IMG/VR virus record: IMGVR_UViG_3300030497_000001
DNA: 64,000 nt
DNA from: a virus
Reading direction: 5' to 3' (one strand)
Below are positions 7,946 through 14,833 of the stretch, piece after piece; the first letter of the stretch is position 1; the number at the start of each line of letters is the position of its first letter. Made by a program: the position numbers and the translations under genes. Below the pieces are notes generated by a model. That model was not told the DNA's origin, ran no database searches, and saw only the letters and a program-made list of their open reading frames with translations.

Positions 7946-7967
7946 CTCTCTATAGAGAGCATTTTTA
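7946..7967 (+). terminator. weak rho-independent terminator
   Basis: CTCTC-TATA-GAGAG followed by CATTTTT. The stem is only 5 bp. Confidence 0.45.
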
Positions 7968-8016
7968 ACACCTAAAATTCTTAATAAAATGGAGATTTTA
8001 TCAAAGGAGTGACGTT

Positions 8017-8232
8017 ATGAGTTATAGTAAATTAAAGAATGAGATTGAAATGCTAGAGTTAAAGCATAAGCATGATATGCAATTGCTTAAAATGCAACAT
8101 GAACAGGACTTAAAAGAACTAAAAAGCAAATGCACTCATACATATGATGATGGAACATCTGCAAAAACTTGGCAAGGTGTACAGTGGGATTATTATTACA
8201 ATTGTGCAATCTGCAATAAAACAATAAGTTAA
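8017..8232 (+). CDS. hypothetical protein (coiled-coil N-terminus, C-terminal CxxC)
   Basis: ORF with an AAGGAG RBS. Cysteines at ..KCTH.. and ..NCAICN... Confidence 0.6.
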   Translation: MSYSKLKNEIEMLELKHKHDMQLLKMQHEQDLKELKSKCTHTYDDGTSAKTWQGVQWDYYYNCAICNKTIS

Positions 8233-8246
8233 AGGGGCGAACGCAA

Positions 8247-8672
8247 ATGAAAAAACGTTTATCAGTATTGCTTACTATGATGATGGCTTTTGGTATGGTT
8301 GGTTGTGGAGGTGTGCAACCAACTGATGATGCAGATACTTCTATTCAACAACAAGAAGAAGAGGATGAAGAGGATTGTGATGCAGAGGACTTCCGAAACA
8401 AAGAAGAAGATTGTGGATTCAAAAAGAAAAAGAAACCTACTACTGCTACTACAGATACAAATATTACTGATTCAAATGGAGTGATATCTTCTGCTCCAAA
8501 AACAAACCAACCGACACCAAAGACAGATTCAAAGAAAGTCAATACTAGTAAACCTAGCACTAGCAAACCGTCTACTAGTAAACCATCAACATCTTCAACA
8601 CCTAAAGTAAACATTAGCAAACCATCAACAAGCGTGTCTAGACCGTCTTCACCACCTGCACGCACAAAATAG
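8247..8672 (+). CDS. lipoprotein with acidic and Ser/Thr/Pro/Lys-rich low-complexity regions
   Basis: Signal peptide MKKRLSVLLTMMMAFGMVG-C with a lipobox-like MVGC. Followed by an E/D-rich tract and (STSKP)n repeats. Confidence 0.75.
   Translation: MKKRLSVLLTMMMAFGMVGCGGVQPTDDADTSIQQQEEEDEEDCDAEDFRNKEEDCGFKKKKKPTTATTDTNITDSNGVISSAPKTNQPTPKTDSKKVNTSKPSTSKPSTSKPSTSSTPKVNISKPSTSVSRPSSPPARTK
8544..8588 (+). repeat. 3 tandem 15-bp repeats encoding (T-S-K-P-S)3
   Basis: ACTAGTAAACCTAGC / ACTAGCAAACCGTCT / ACTAGTAAACCATCA, with a degenerate further copy near 8614-8634. Confidence 0.8.
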
Positions 8673-8683
8673 GAGGAAAATAT

Positions 8684-9187
8684 ATGAACACAAAATGCCA
8701 AGTTGTACTATGGGGAGAAACAATTAGTGAGCACGATTCATATGTGGAAGCTGTGCTTGAAGCAGAAAAATGGCACAGAGAAACTGGATGCCCATACAAA
8801 GTGAGAGGGAATAACGAAATGACATTAAAATATAAACACATCGCTATTGATTGGGATGGCACTATCGTAGAAGATGGAGCGTACCCAGAAGCAGGAGAAT
8901 TTAAACCACATGTAGTAGAAGTGCTTAAACGAATCTGGGATGAATGTGGTGAGATTGTGATTTGGACTTGCCGTAACGGTGATGAGCAGATTGCAACAAT
9001 TGAAAAGAAACTTGCTTCGGTAGGAATCTATGAATATAAGATTAATCAACCATTTGACCACTTTACAAATATCTATGGTGGCGATAATGCAAGAAAAATC
9101 TTTGCAGACGTATATATTGATGACAGAGCAATCGGTGCGGTAATTGATTGGTATGAAATCGAAAAACAACTATTTGGGGAAATTTAA
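8684..9187 (+). CDS. HAD-superfamily phosphatase (capless, DxDGT type) with ~45-aa N-terminal extension
   Basis: Motif I IDWDGT, motif II IVIWTCR, motif IV VYIDDRA. GGAGG RBS. Confidence 0.7.
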   Translation: MNTKCQVVLWGETISEHDSYVEAVLEAEKWHRETGCPYKVRGNNEMTLKYKHIAIDWDGTIVEDGAYPEAGEFKPHVVEVLKRIWDECGEIVIWTCRNGDEQIATIEKKLASVGIYEYKINQPFDHFTNIYGGDNARKIFADVYIDDRAIGAVIDWYEIEKQLFGEI

Positions 9188-9201
9188 CAGGAGGAATTAG
9201 T

Positions 9202-9681
9202 ATGGAGGAAAAAGTATTAGGAGCATATGCAGATGGGAGTGAGATTAGATACATTGCAAAATGTTTTGAAATTACAGAAGAAGAAGTTTTAGAAGTCTTA
9301 CATAACTTTAGAGATAAGAGCAGATTCAAACGGTCTTTCACAGATGATTTTAAGAAACTAGTTGCAGAGCGAGATTTGAAGTTTTCTAGACGACAGATTG
9401 CTGTAGAGCTAGGAATCAATGTTGCAACAGTTAAGAAATCGTGTGAGCAGTTTGGGAACGCATTGAAAGACAAAGCAATCAGTGACAATATGTATTCACT
9501 TGTTAAAGGAGTGGGCAATTTAGATGTCTGCCCAACATGTGATAGTCATAAAGTAAATGCAATTGAATCTATCACAGATAATATTAACACCAAAGGAATC
9601 TACTGCATGAGCTGTGGAGATGAGCATTTTACAATGAACGACCTTGTTTACAAAGTGAATTTCGAATACTTAGAAGAATAG
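9202..9681 (+). CDS. putative DNA-binding regulator (two HTH-like segments + C-terminal zinc ribbon)
   Basis: HTH-like segments IRYIAKCFEITEEEVLEVL and RRQIAVELGINVATVKK. Zinc ribbon CPTCDSH...CMSCGDEH. Confidence 0.55.
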   Translation: MEEKVLGAYADGSEIRYIAKCFEITEEEVLEVLHNFRDKSRFKRSFTDDFKKLVAERDLKFSRRQIAVELGINVATVKKSCEQFGNALKDKAISDNMYSLVKGVGNLDVCPTCDSHKVNAIESITDNINTKGIYCMSCGDEHFTMNDLVYKVNFEYLEE

Positions 9682-9693
9682 GAGAGTATAAAC

Positions 9694-10068
9694 ATGAACT
9701 TAATGAGTATTATTCCGAATCTAAAAATCCGTAAGGTGAAAGAAACGCCAAAGAAGAAGGTTGAAAAGAAGCAGAGCAAACAGTTGAGCTTTAACTTTGA
9801 ACAAGAACCTCATGAGAAGGTAATGGAAAATCTTACAGAGCGACAAAAGATGGTGTATCAATATTTAAAATCAACTTATGTTGATGGGGCGACTGCAAAA
9901 GAATTATCTGTAGCATTATTCAAAGAAGGATTAACTCCTTCACCAGAGCGTAATAGTACGCATCCACGATTAAATGAATTAGTAGACTTAGGTCTTGTTA
10001 AAGTAATTGGCAAAAAAGACTGTCAATTTACAGGACGAAAAGTTACTATTTACAAAAGCAAATTATAA
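9694..10068 (+). CDS. winged-helix (MarR-like) DNA-binding protein
   Basis: LTERQKMVYQYLK..GATAKELS...HPRLNELVDLGLVKVIG...GRKVTIY is a typical wHTH layout. Confidence 0.55.
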   Translation: MNLMSIIPNLKIRKVKETPKKKVEKKQSKQLSFNFEQEPHEKVMENLTERQKMVYQYLKSTYVDGATAKELSVALFKEGLTPSPERNSTHPRLNELVDLGLVKVIGKKDCQFTGRKVTIYKSKL

Positions 10069-10077
10069 TGATATAAT
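10049..10077 (+). promoter_or_regulatory. sigma-A-type promoter (TTTACA-N17-TATAAT, extended TG) inside the 3' end of the preceding CDS
   Basis: -35 at 10049-10054, spacer AAAGCAAATTATAATGA, -10 at 10072-10077. Confidence 0.6.
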
Positions 10078-10096
10078 AAAGGGGGAGCAATACATA

Positions 10097-10930
10097 ATGA
10101 CGAAAGCTGATTTAATTTACAAAGACAATCTTCGAGAGATACTTATCAATGGTAGTTGGGATGAGAACCCAAGACCTAAGTATGAAGATGGGACACCTGC
10201 TCATTCAAAATTCATTACACAAGTGTTTGAGAAGTATGACCTATCAAAAGGAGAATTGCCAATCACAACTCTAAGACCAATATACATCAAGAAAGCAATT
10301 GATGAGATTTGTTGGATTTATCAAGACCAGACAAGTGACTTGGCAGTCTTAGAAGAAAAGTATGGTATCTACTGGTGGAGAGATTGGGGGTTAGAAGATG
10401 GCACAATCGGTCAACGATATGGAGCTACAGTAAAGAAATACGATTTACTAAACAACTTCTTGGAAGGGATTAGAAAAGACCCATTCGGAAGACGACACAT
10501 TCTTAGCTTGTGGCAAGTATTAGATTTCCAATCAACAGAAGGACTTCTACCTTGTGCATTTCAAATCATCGGAAGTTGCAGAAAGATAGAAGATGACATG
10601 TACTTTGACTTAACTCTAGTACAACGTAGCAGTGATTATGCTGTTGCAGGTCATATCAATATGATTCAATATGTTGCATTGCAAATGATGATTGCTCATC
10701 ACTTAGGAATGAAGGTTGGTACTTTTGCTAGATTTACACAAAATCTACATATCTATGACCGTCATCTTGACCAAGCATATGAGATGTTAAAGCGTGAACC
10801 TGCTAAAGAGCAACCGCAATTAGTATTAAATGCAGAAGGTAAATCATTCTATGAAATTACTTCTGACGATTTTGAATTAGTAAATTACAATCCAGTCAAA
10901 CCACAATTAAAGTTTGACTTAGGAATCTAG
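10097..10930 (+). CDS. thyA: thymidylate synthase (ThyA type)
   Basis: GRRHILSLWQ, LPCAFQ (catalytic Cys) and QRSSDYAVAGHINMIQY, collinear with B. subtilis ThyA. ATG at 10097 follows a GGGGGAG RBS. Confidence 0.9.
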   Translation: MTKADLIYKDNLREILINGSWDENPRPKYEDGTPAHSKFITQVFEKYDLSKGELPITTLRPIYIKKAIDEICWIYQDQTSDLAVLEEKYGIYWWRDWGLEDGTIGQRYGATVKKYDLLNNFLEGIRKDPFGRRHILSLWQVLDFQSTEGLLPCAFQIIGSCRKIEDDMYFDLTLVQRSSDYAVAGHINMIQYVALQMMIAHHLGMKVGTFARFTQNLHIYDRHLDQAYEMLKREPAKEQPQLVLNAEGKSFYEITSDDFELVNYNPVKPQLKFDLGI

Positions 10931-10941
10931 GAGGAAGAAAG

Positions 10942-11178
10942 ATGAAAGTAGTAGTAACAGAATTAGTAAGTGATGATTTTGAATATGAGATGCTAGAGAT
11001 TGTCATTGACGATACAACTAAATTTAAAGTTGATTGTGCAACAGATTCTATGGAAGACAATTTCTTATCTCGAAACTTTTCAGACTGCTATGACATTCCT
11101 GCTTTACTAGAGAAAGCATGGTTAGCAGGTAAGAATGGCGAAGACTTTAAACTACATTATGTAAAAGGAGACAATTAA
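10942..11178 (+). CDS. hypothetical acidic protein
   Basis: ORF with an AGGAGG RBS. Confidence 0.6.
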   Translation: MKVVVTELVSDDFEYEMLEIVIDDTTKFKVDCATDSMEDNFLSRNFSDCYDIPALLEKAWLAGKNGEDFKLHYVKGDN

Positions 11179-11182
11179 TAAT

Positions 11183-11749
11183 ATGGGTATTACATTAATC
11201 GCATGTACAGAAATCAATGGTGGAATTGGAGATAACGAGAATAATTTGTTATTCGACCTTCCACGTGACAGAAAACACTTTATGTCAGCAACTAGCGGAA
11301 AGGTAGTAGTGATGGGTAGAAAGACTTGGGATTCATTACCAGATGACAAACGTCCTCTACCTAAACGAAAGAATTACGTGTTAACACGTGATTTAGATTG
11401 GTCGGCAAAGGGAGCTAAAACGGTACACTCTGTACGAGAGGTTTTAGAATTAGCAAAAACACGTGATGTATTTATCATCGGTGGTGGAGAGATTTATGAA
11501 CAATTTATGCCACATGCAGACCGATTGATTATGACTCATGTACATACTGTGCATTTTGATGCACGTGTATTCTTCCCAGAAATTGATGTGCGACAATGGC
11601 ATCTAGTCCATGCACAGAAAAATGAAGAAGATGAGAAACATCCACATGAGTTTACATTTGCTACGTACACAAGACGTACAGATGATAAGCCAGAGCTTGG
11701 AAAAATGATTGAAGTAGAAATGGTAAAAGAAAACCAAGAAAACAACTAA
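11183..11749 (+). CDS. dfrA: dihydrofolate reductase with C-terminal extension
   Basis: IGDNENNLLFDLPRDRKHF, VVMGRKTWDSLP, NYVLTR and FIIGGGEIY motifs. Confidence 0.85.
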   Translation: MGITLIACTEINGGIGDNENNLLFDLPRDRKHFMSATSGKVVVMGRKTWDSLPDDKRPLPKRKNYVLTRDLDWSAKGAKTVHSVREVLELAKTRDVFIIGGGEIYEQFMPHADRLIMTHVHTVHFDARVFFPEIDVRQWHLVHAQKNEEDEKHPHEFTFATYTRRTDDKPELGKMIEVEMVKENQENN

Positions 11750-11761
11750 GGAGTGTTGTGC

Positions 11762-12439
11762 ATGTACGGAATGCAAGAACCAAGTCGAAAAATTTTAATC
11801 TCTAGAGGGATTGATGAAGCATTAGCAGAAAGCGTTATCGCACAGATTGTTGAGATTAACGACCTTGATGCACAAAGAGCAGAAGCTTTAAAAGAGTACC
11901 GACCAGAACCAATTGAGATTTTCATTAACTCTGGTGGAGGAAGTGTTACCGATGGTTTTGCAATCATCGGTGCAATGGAGATGTCTGATACTCCAATCAT
12001 TACATATGCATTAGGATTAGTAGCATCTATGGCTCTAGCAATCTTTGTTGCAGGAGATGTACGAATTGCTCACCGTTATGCACGATTAATGTATCACTCA
12101 ATCTCTTACGGAATGTTAGGTCACATCACAGAGCACGAACAACAAATGAAAGAATGTGACCTGCTTCAACGTCAATACAACAGCTTAATGTATGACCGTA
12201 CTAAACTTACGAAAGAGAAATTAGATAGCATTCGTGCTATGAAACATGATTACTACTTCGGTGCAAGAGAAGCTGTGAAGCTTGGTGTTGCTCATGACTA
12301 CATGAAAAAACCAGAACAGCTTGAAGTAATGTTGCAAGAAGAAGCAGAGGTGCAAGAAGCTATGAAAGTAATTGAAGAAAGAGTAGCTAGTGCAGAGCAA
12401 AAGATTACACCAGATTCAATTATCAATAAAAAAGCATAA
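11762..12439 (+). CDS. ClpP-family (S14) serine protease, copy 2, with acidic C-terminal extension
   Basis: Ser in LVASMA, His in RLMYHSI, Asp in KHDYYFGAREAVKLGVA. ATG at 11762 lies 8 nt after AAGGAG; the GTG at 11753 is too close to the RBS. Confidence 0.8.
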   Translation: MYGMQEPSRKILISRGIDEALAESVIAQIVEINDLDAQRAEALKEYRPEPIEIFINSGGGSVTDGFAIIGAMEMSDTPIITYALGLVASMALAIFVAGDVRIAHRYARLMYHSISYGMLGHITEHEQQMKECDLLQRQYNSLMYDRTKLTKEKLDSIRAMKHDYYFGAREAVKLGVAHDYMKKPEQLEVMLQEEAEVQEAMKVIEERVASAEQKITPDSIINKKA

Positions 12440-12464
12440 GTGGTAGATTTTCTACCACTTTTCT
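12440..12464 (+). terminator. rho-independent terminator
   Basis: GTGGTAGA-TTT-TCTACCAC followed by TTTTCTCTTT. Confidence 0.75.
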
Positions 12465-12465
12465 C

Positions 12466-12494
12466 TTTACAAAAACAAAAGATAATGATAAGAT
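12466..12494 (+). promoter_or_regulatory. sigma-A-type promoter (TTTACA-N17-TAAGAT, extended TG)
   Basis: -35 at 12466-12471, spacer AAAACAAAAGATAATGA, -10 at 12489-12494. Confidence 0.55.
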
Positions 12495-12518
12495 ATTAAA
12501 CATAAGGAGGGGAGAACG

Positions 12519-12749
12519 GTGTCAAGTTTTAACATGTGGAAACACACGATACAAGTAACAGACCCAACAAAAACAGGACTAGTTAAGAAAGTACAGAACA
12601 AAGAAGCTTGCGGTTGGGAATGTGTAAAGCCGTTACATACAGTACAGATTAAAGATGGATATATGGGTGGAAGAAATAAAGACCATCCTTGCTACTTTAG
12701 TCGAACAGAATTTGCAGTAGTTATGAAAAAGATTGGGAGAGTGGTTTAA
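12519..12749 (+). CDS. hypothetical protein
   Basis: GTG start after a GGAGGGGAG RBS. Confidence 0.55.
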   Translation: MSSFNMWKHTIQVTDPTKTGLVKKVQNKEACGWECVKPLHTVQIKDGYMGGRNKDHPCYFSRTEFAVVMKKIGRVV

Positions 12750-13327
12750 TGTTAGTAACATACACAGGAAAGATTTTCGATTATAAAAATATTAAAAAGG
12801 ATGATATCTGCATTGACGATGTGATTCATAGTATCTCGAACCTCAATAGATTTGTAGGACATTCTTCACGACCATATAGTGTGGGAGAACATACTTTATG
12901 GTGTGCACTAATGGCTCACAAATTAGGATATACAACACGTCAAATCCTTTTAACACTGATTCATGATTTTGAGGAAGCCTATACTGGTGATTGCCCAACA
13001 CCTCTGAAAGAACTGCTACCAGAATTTAAAGAGATTGCCAAGAAAGTTGAACATGCAATCTATGAACATCTTGAAATTGAACCTCCAACAGAGGAAGAAC
13101 ATGCGTTAGTGAAACGTGTTGATGTAACTATGCTTGTAGTTGAAATGAGAGATTTAACACTTCATGACTTTGAAGAGTTTATTGATGAGCATACATATGA
13201 AGATATTATCTTTGACCCAGAGTTTGATTTAAAGAAAGTAACACCTAATGTCAAACCTACTTTAAATATGATGTTTAATATTATGATTGACAAATACAGA
13301 GAGGAACTTGCCAATGAAGAAGTTTAA
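12749..13327 (+). CDS. HD-domain phosphohydrolase (YfbR-like 5'-deoxynucleotidase candidate)
   Basis: RF.GH..RPYSVGEHT ... LIHDFEEAYTGDCPTP ... D motifs. TAATG overlap with the previous gene. Confidence 0.7.
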   Translation: MLVTYTGKIFDYKNIKKDDICIDDVIHSISNLNRFVGHSSRPYSVGEHTLWCALMAHKLGYTTRQILLTLIHDFEEAYTGDCPTPLKELLPEFKEIAKKVEHAIYEHLEIEPPTEEEHALVKRVDVTMLVVEMRDLTLHDFEEFIDEHTYEDIIFDPEFDLKKVTPNVKPTLNMMFNIMIDKYREELANEEV

Positions 13328-13610
13328 TTTCTATGCAGGTTTGAAGCAGGAGCATTATCATCTAGAAGCTTTAACAGATGTAATGCTTCCATCTTTATTT
13401 GATGCGTTTGAGTTTGCTAGAGACTATGCAACATGCAGATACTATCAAAATCCAGAACGTGATATCTTAGAAATCATGGAGAAGGAGGATGTCAAAGAGG
13501 ATAAAGCTCATATGATATTCTTGAAAGAAATGTACGATTCCATTATCTTCCACTTTGAAGAAGTGGTTGAGATTAATGGGGAAATAATTGAAGTGATTGA
13601 ATATCGCTAG
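13314..13610 (+). CDS. hypothetical protein
   Basis: ATG at 13314 after GAGGAA, overlapping the HD gene by 14 nt. The 13287 start in the track lacks an RBS. Confidence 0.55.
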   Translation: MKKFNFYAGLKQEHYHLEALTDVMLPSLFDAFEFARDYATCRYYQNPERDILEIMEKEDVKEDKAHMIFLKEMYDSIIFHFEEVVEINGEIIEVIEYR

Positions 13611-13619
13611 GAGGAACTT

Positions 13620-14240
13620 ATGAGAAAGAAAGAACTGATACTTGGGACAATGAGTGCATCCAAGTCTGCACAATTAATGATGCAGGCTTTTAACTTAGAA
13701 CGACAAGGGAAGAAAGTCTTAGTATTCAAACCAGAAACAGACACAAGAGATGGAGCTTTTGTTGCATCTAGAGCCATGCAAGAAAAACGTCCTGCAATCG
13801 TAATCAAGAAGTCAGATATTGACAAAATGAAACGATTGATTAAGATTGAGAAACCAGATGTTATCATGTTAGATGAATTACAATTCTTTACAGTTGAACA
13901 GATTGATGAATTATCATTTATATCTACACTGGAAATAGTTGACATTTACGCATATGGTTTACTAATCTCATATACTGGTAAAATGTTTGAACCAACTAAG
14001 CGTGCAATCGAATGTGGATTCCGTATTTCGCCAATCACAATGCAATGTGATAGATGCACAAATGATGCAACGAATCACTTATTGTATATGGAAGGCGTTC
14101 TGCAAATTGATGGTGATGGTATTACTGTTGAGGACTTTGAGAAGAAAGAACAGGAATATCTGTCAGTCTGCTACTCATGCTATCATGATGCAGTTGAAGT
14201 ACATCTTCTTGAAACAGAAGAAAACAAAAGTAAAAAATAA
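13620..14240 (+). CDS. tdk: thymidine kinase
   Basis: P-loop-like GTMSASKS, VIMLDELQFF (DExQFF), and a C-terminal Cys cluster CDRC...CYSC. Confidence 0.8.
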   Translation: MRKKELILGTMSASKSAQLMMQAFNLERQGKKVLVFKPETDTRDGAFVASRAMQEKRPAIVIKKSDIDKMKRLIKIEKPDVIMLDELQFFTVEQIDELSFISTLEIVDIYAYGLLISYTGKMFEPTKRAIECGFRISPITMQCDRCTNDATNHLLYMEGVLQIDGDGITVEDFEKKEQEYLSVCYSCYHDAVEVHLLETEENKSKK

Positions 14241-14251
14241 TCATATAATTG

Positions 14252-14280
14252 TTGACTAACAACTACGAACCTGCTATAAT
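14252..14280 (+). promoter_or_regulatory. sigma-A-type promoter (TTGACT-N17-TATAAT)
   Basis: -35 at 14252-14257, -10 at 14275-14280. The -10 lies inside the 5' arm/loop of the hairpin at 14268-14296. Confidence 0.55.
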
Positions 14281-14304
14281 AGATACATAGCAGGTTATTT
14301 TAAT
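14268..14304 (+). terminator. rho-independent terminator overlapping the promoter
   Basis: AACCTGCTAT (14268-14277) / ATAGCAGGTT (14287-14296): perfect 10-bp stem, 9-nt loop, then ATTTTAAT. Confidence 0.6.
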
Positions 14305-14322
14305 ATAATAGGAGGGGTTTAG

Positions 14323-14820
14323 ATGAGCTACAATGTTGGGGATATTGTTAAAAAGGTAAATTCTTATGGGATGGAATATCATATTGTCATTGATTTAGAG
14401 AGAGTTGATAAGACATACTTTTACGAAATCATGCAAATGTATCCAGTCGCAACTACATCCAGAAGACAGTTTATGGAGCAAAGTGAACTAGCTATGGTTG
14501 CAGAGGTTGGCGATATCAACTACTCAACTATCATTGGAATCATTGAGGACAAGCGGAAGGATAGAGGGATGGATGAAAGGGCTGATTATTGGGATTACAT
14601 CGAAGTCACAAAGTCTCTTGAAAAGTACAGAAAGTATGATGTACAGCCAGAACTTAATCTGCCAGTAAAGGATGATATCATTCAATATCATAAGCTTGAA
14701 GACAAGGATAAGTGCTTAGATGCACTGAATGACCTTGACACATTACATAAGATGTTTGGCGATGAAGCATATCTGCAACTCAAAGAAGTTGTGATTAAAA
14801 GATTGAAAGAATTAAAATAG
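14323..14820 (+). CDS. hypothetical protein
   Basis: ORF with an AGGAGGGG RBS, immediately upstream of the polymerase gene. Confidence 0.65.
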   Translation: MSYNVGDIVKKVNSYGMEYHIVIDLERVDKTYFYEIMQMYPVATTSRRQFMEQSELAMVAEVGDINYSTIIGIIEDKRKDRGMDERADYWDYIEVTKSLEKYRKYDVQPELNLPVKDDIIQYHKLEDKDKCLDALNDLDTLHKMFGDEAYLQLKEVVIKRLKELK

Positions 14821-14833
14821 GAGTGTTGCATTA

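Noticed and set aside
8345-8701. 118-aa minus-strand ORF and 64-aa + strand ORF (8290-8484) overlapping the lipoprotein gene.
   Set aside because: They are shadow ORFs generated by the repetitive, low-complexity coding sequence. They have no RBS, and the lipoprotein frame has a clear signal peptide and RBS.
10007-10096. Longer thyA start at 10007 overlapping the winged-helix gene.
   Set aside because: The conserved ThyA N-terminus begins at the ATG at 10097, which has a GGGGGAG RBS. A promoter (10049-10077) lies inside the putative extension.
13987-14259. 90-aa + strand ORF overlapping tdk in another frame. Similar out-of-frame same-strand ORFs occur at 16647-16868 and 17586-17771 within dnaE. 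Minus-strand (antisense) ORFs occur at 7604-7861 within the YqeY-like gene and 26282-26530 within the tail fibre gene.
   Set aside because: They are fully nested in well-supported genes, have no RBS, and show no recognisable protein features.
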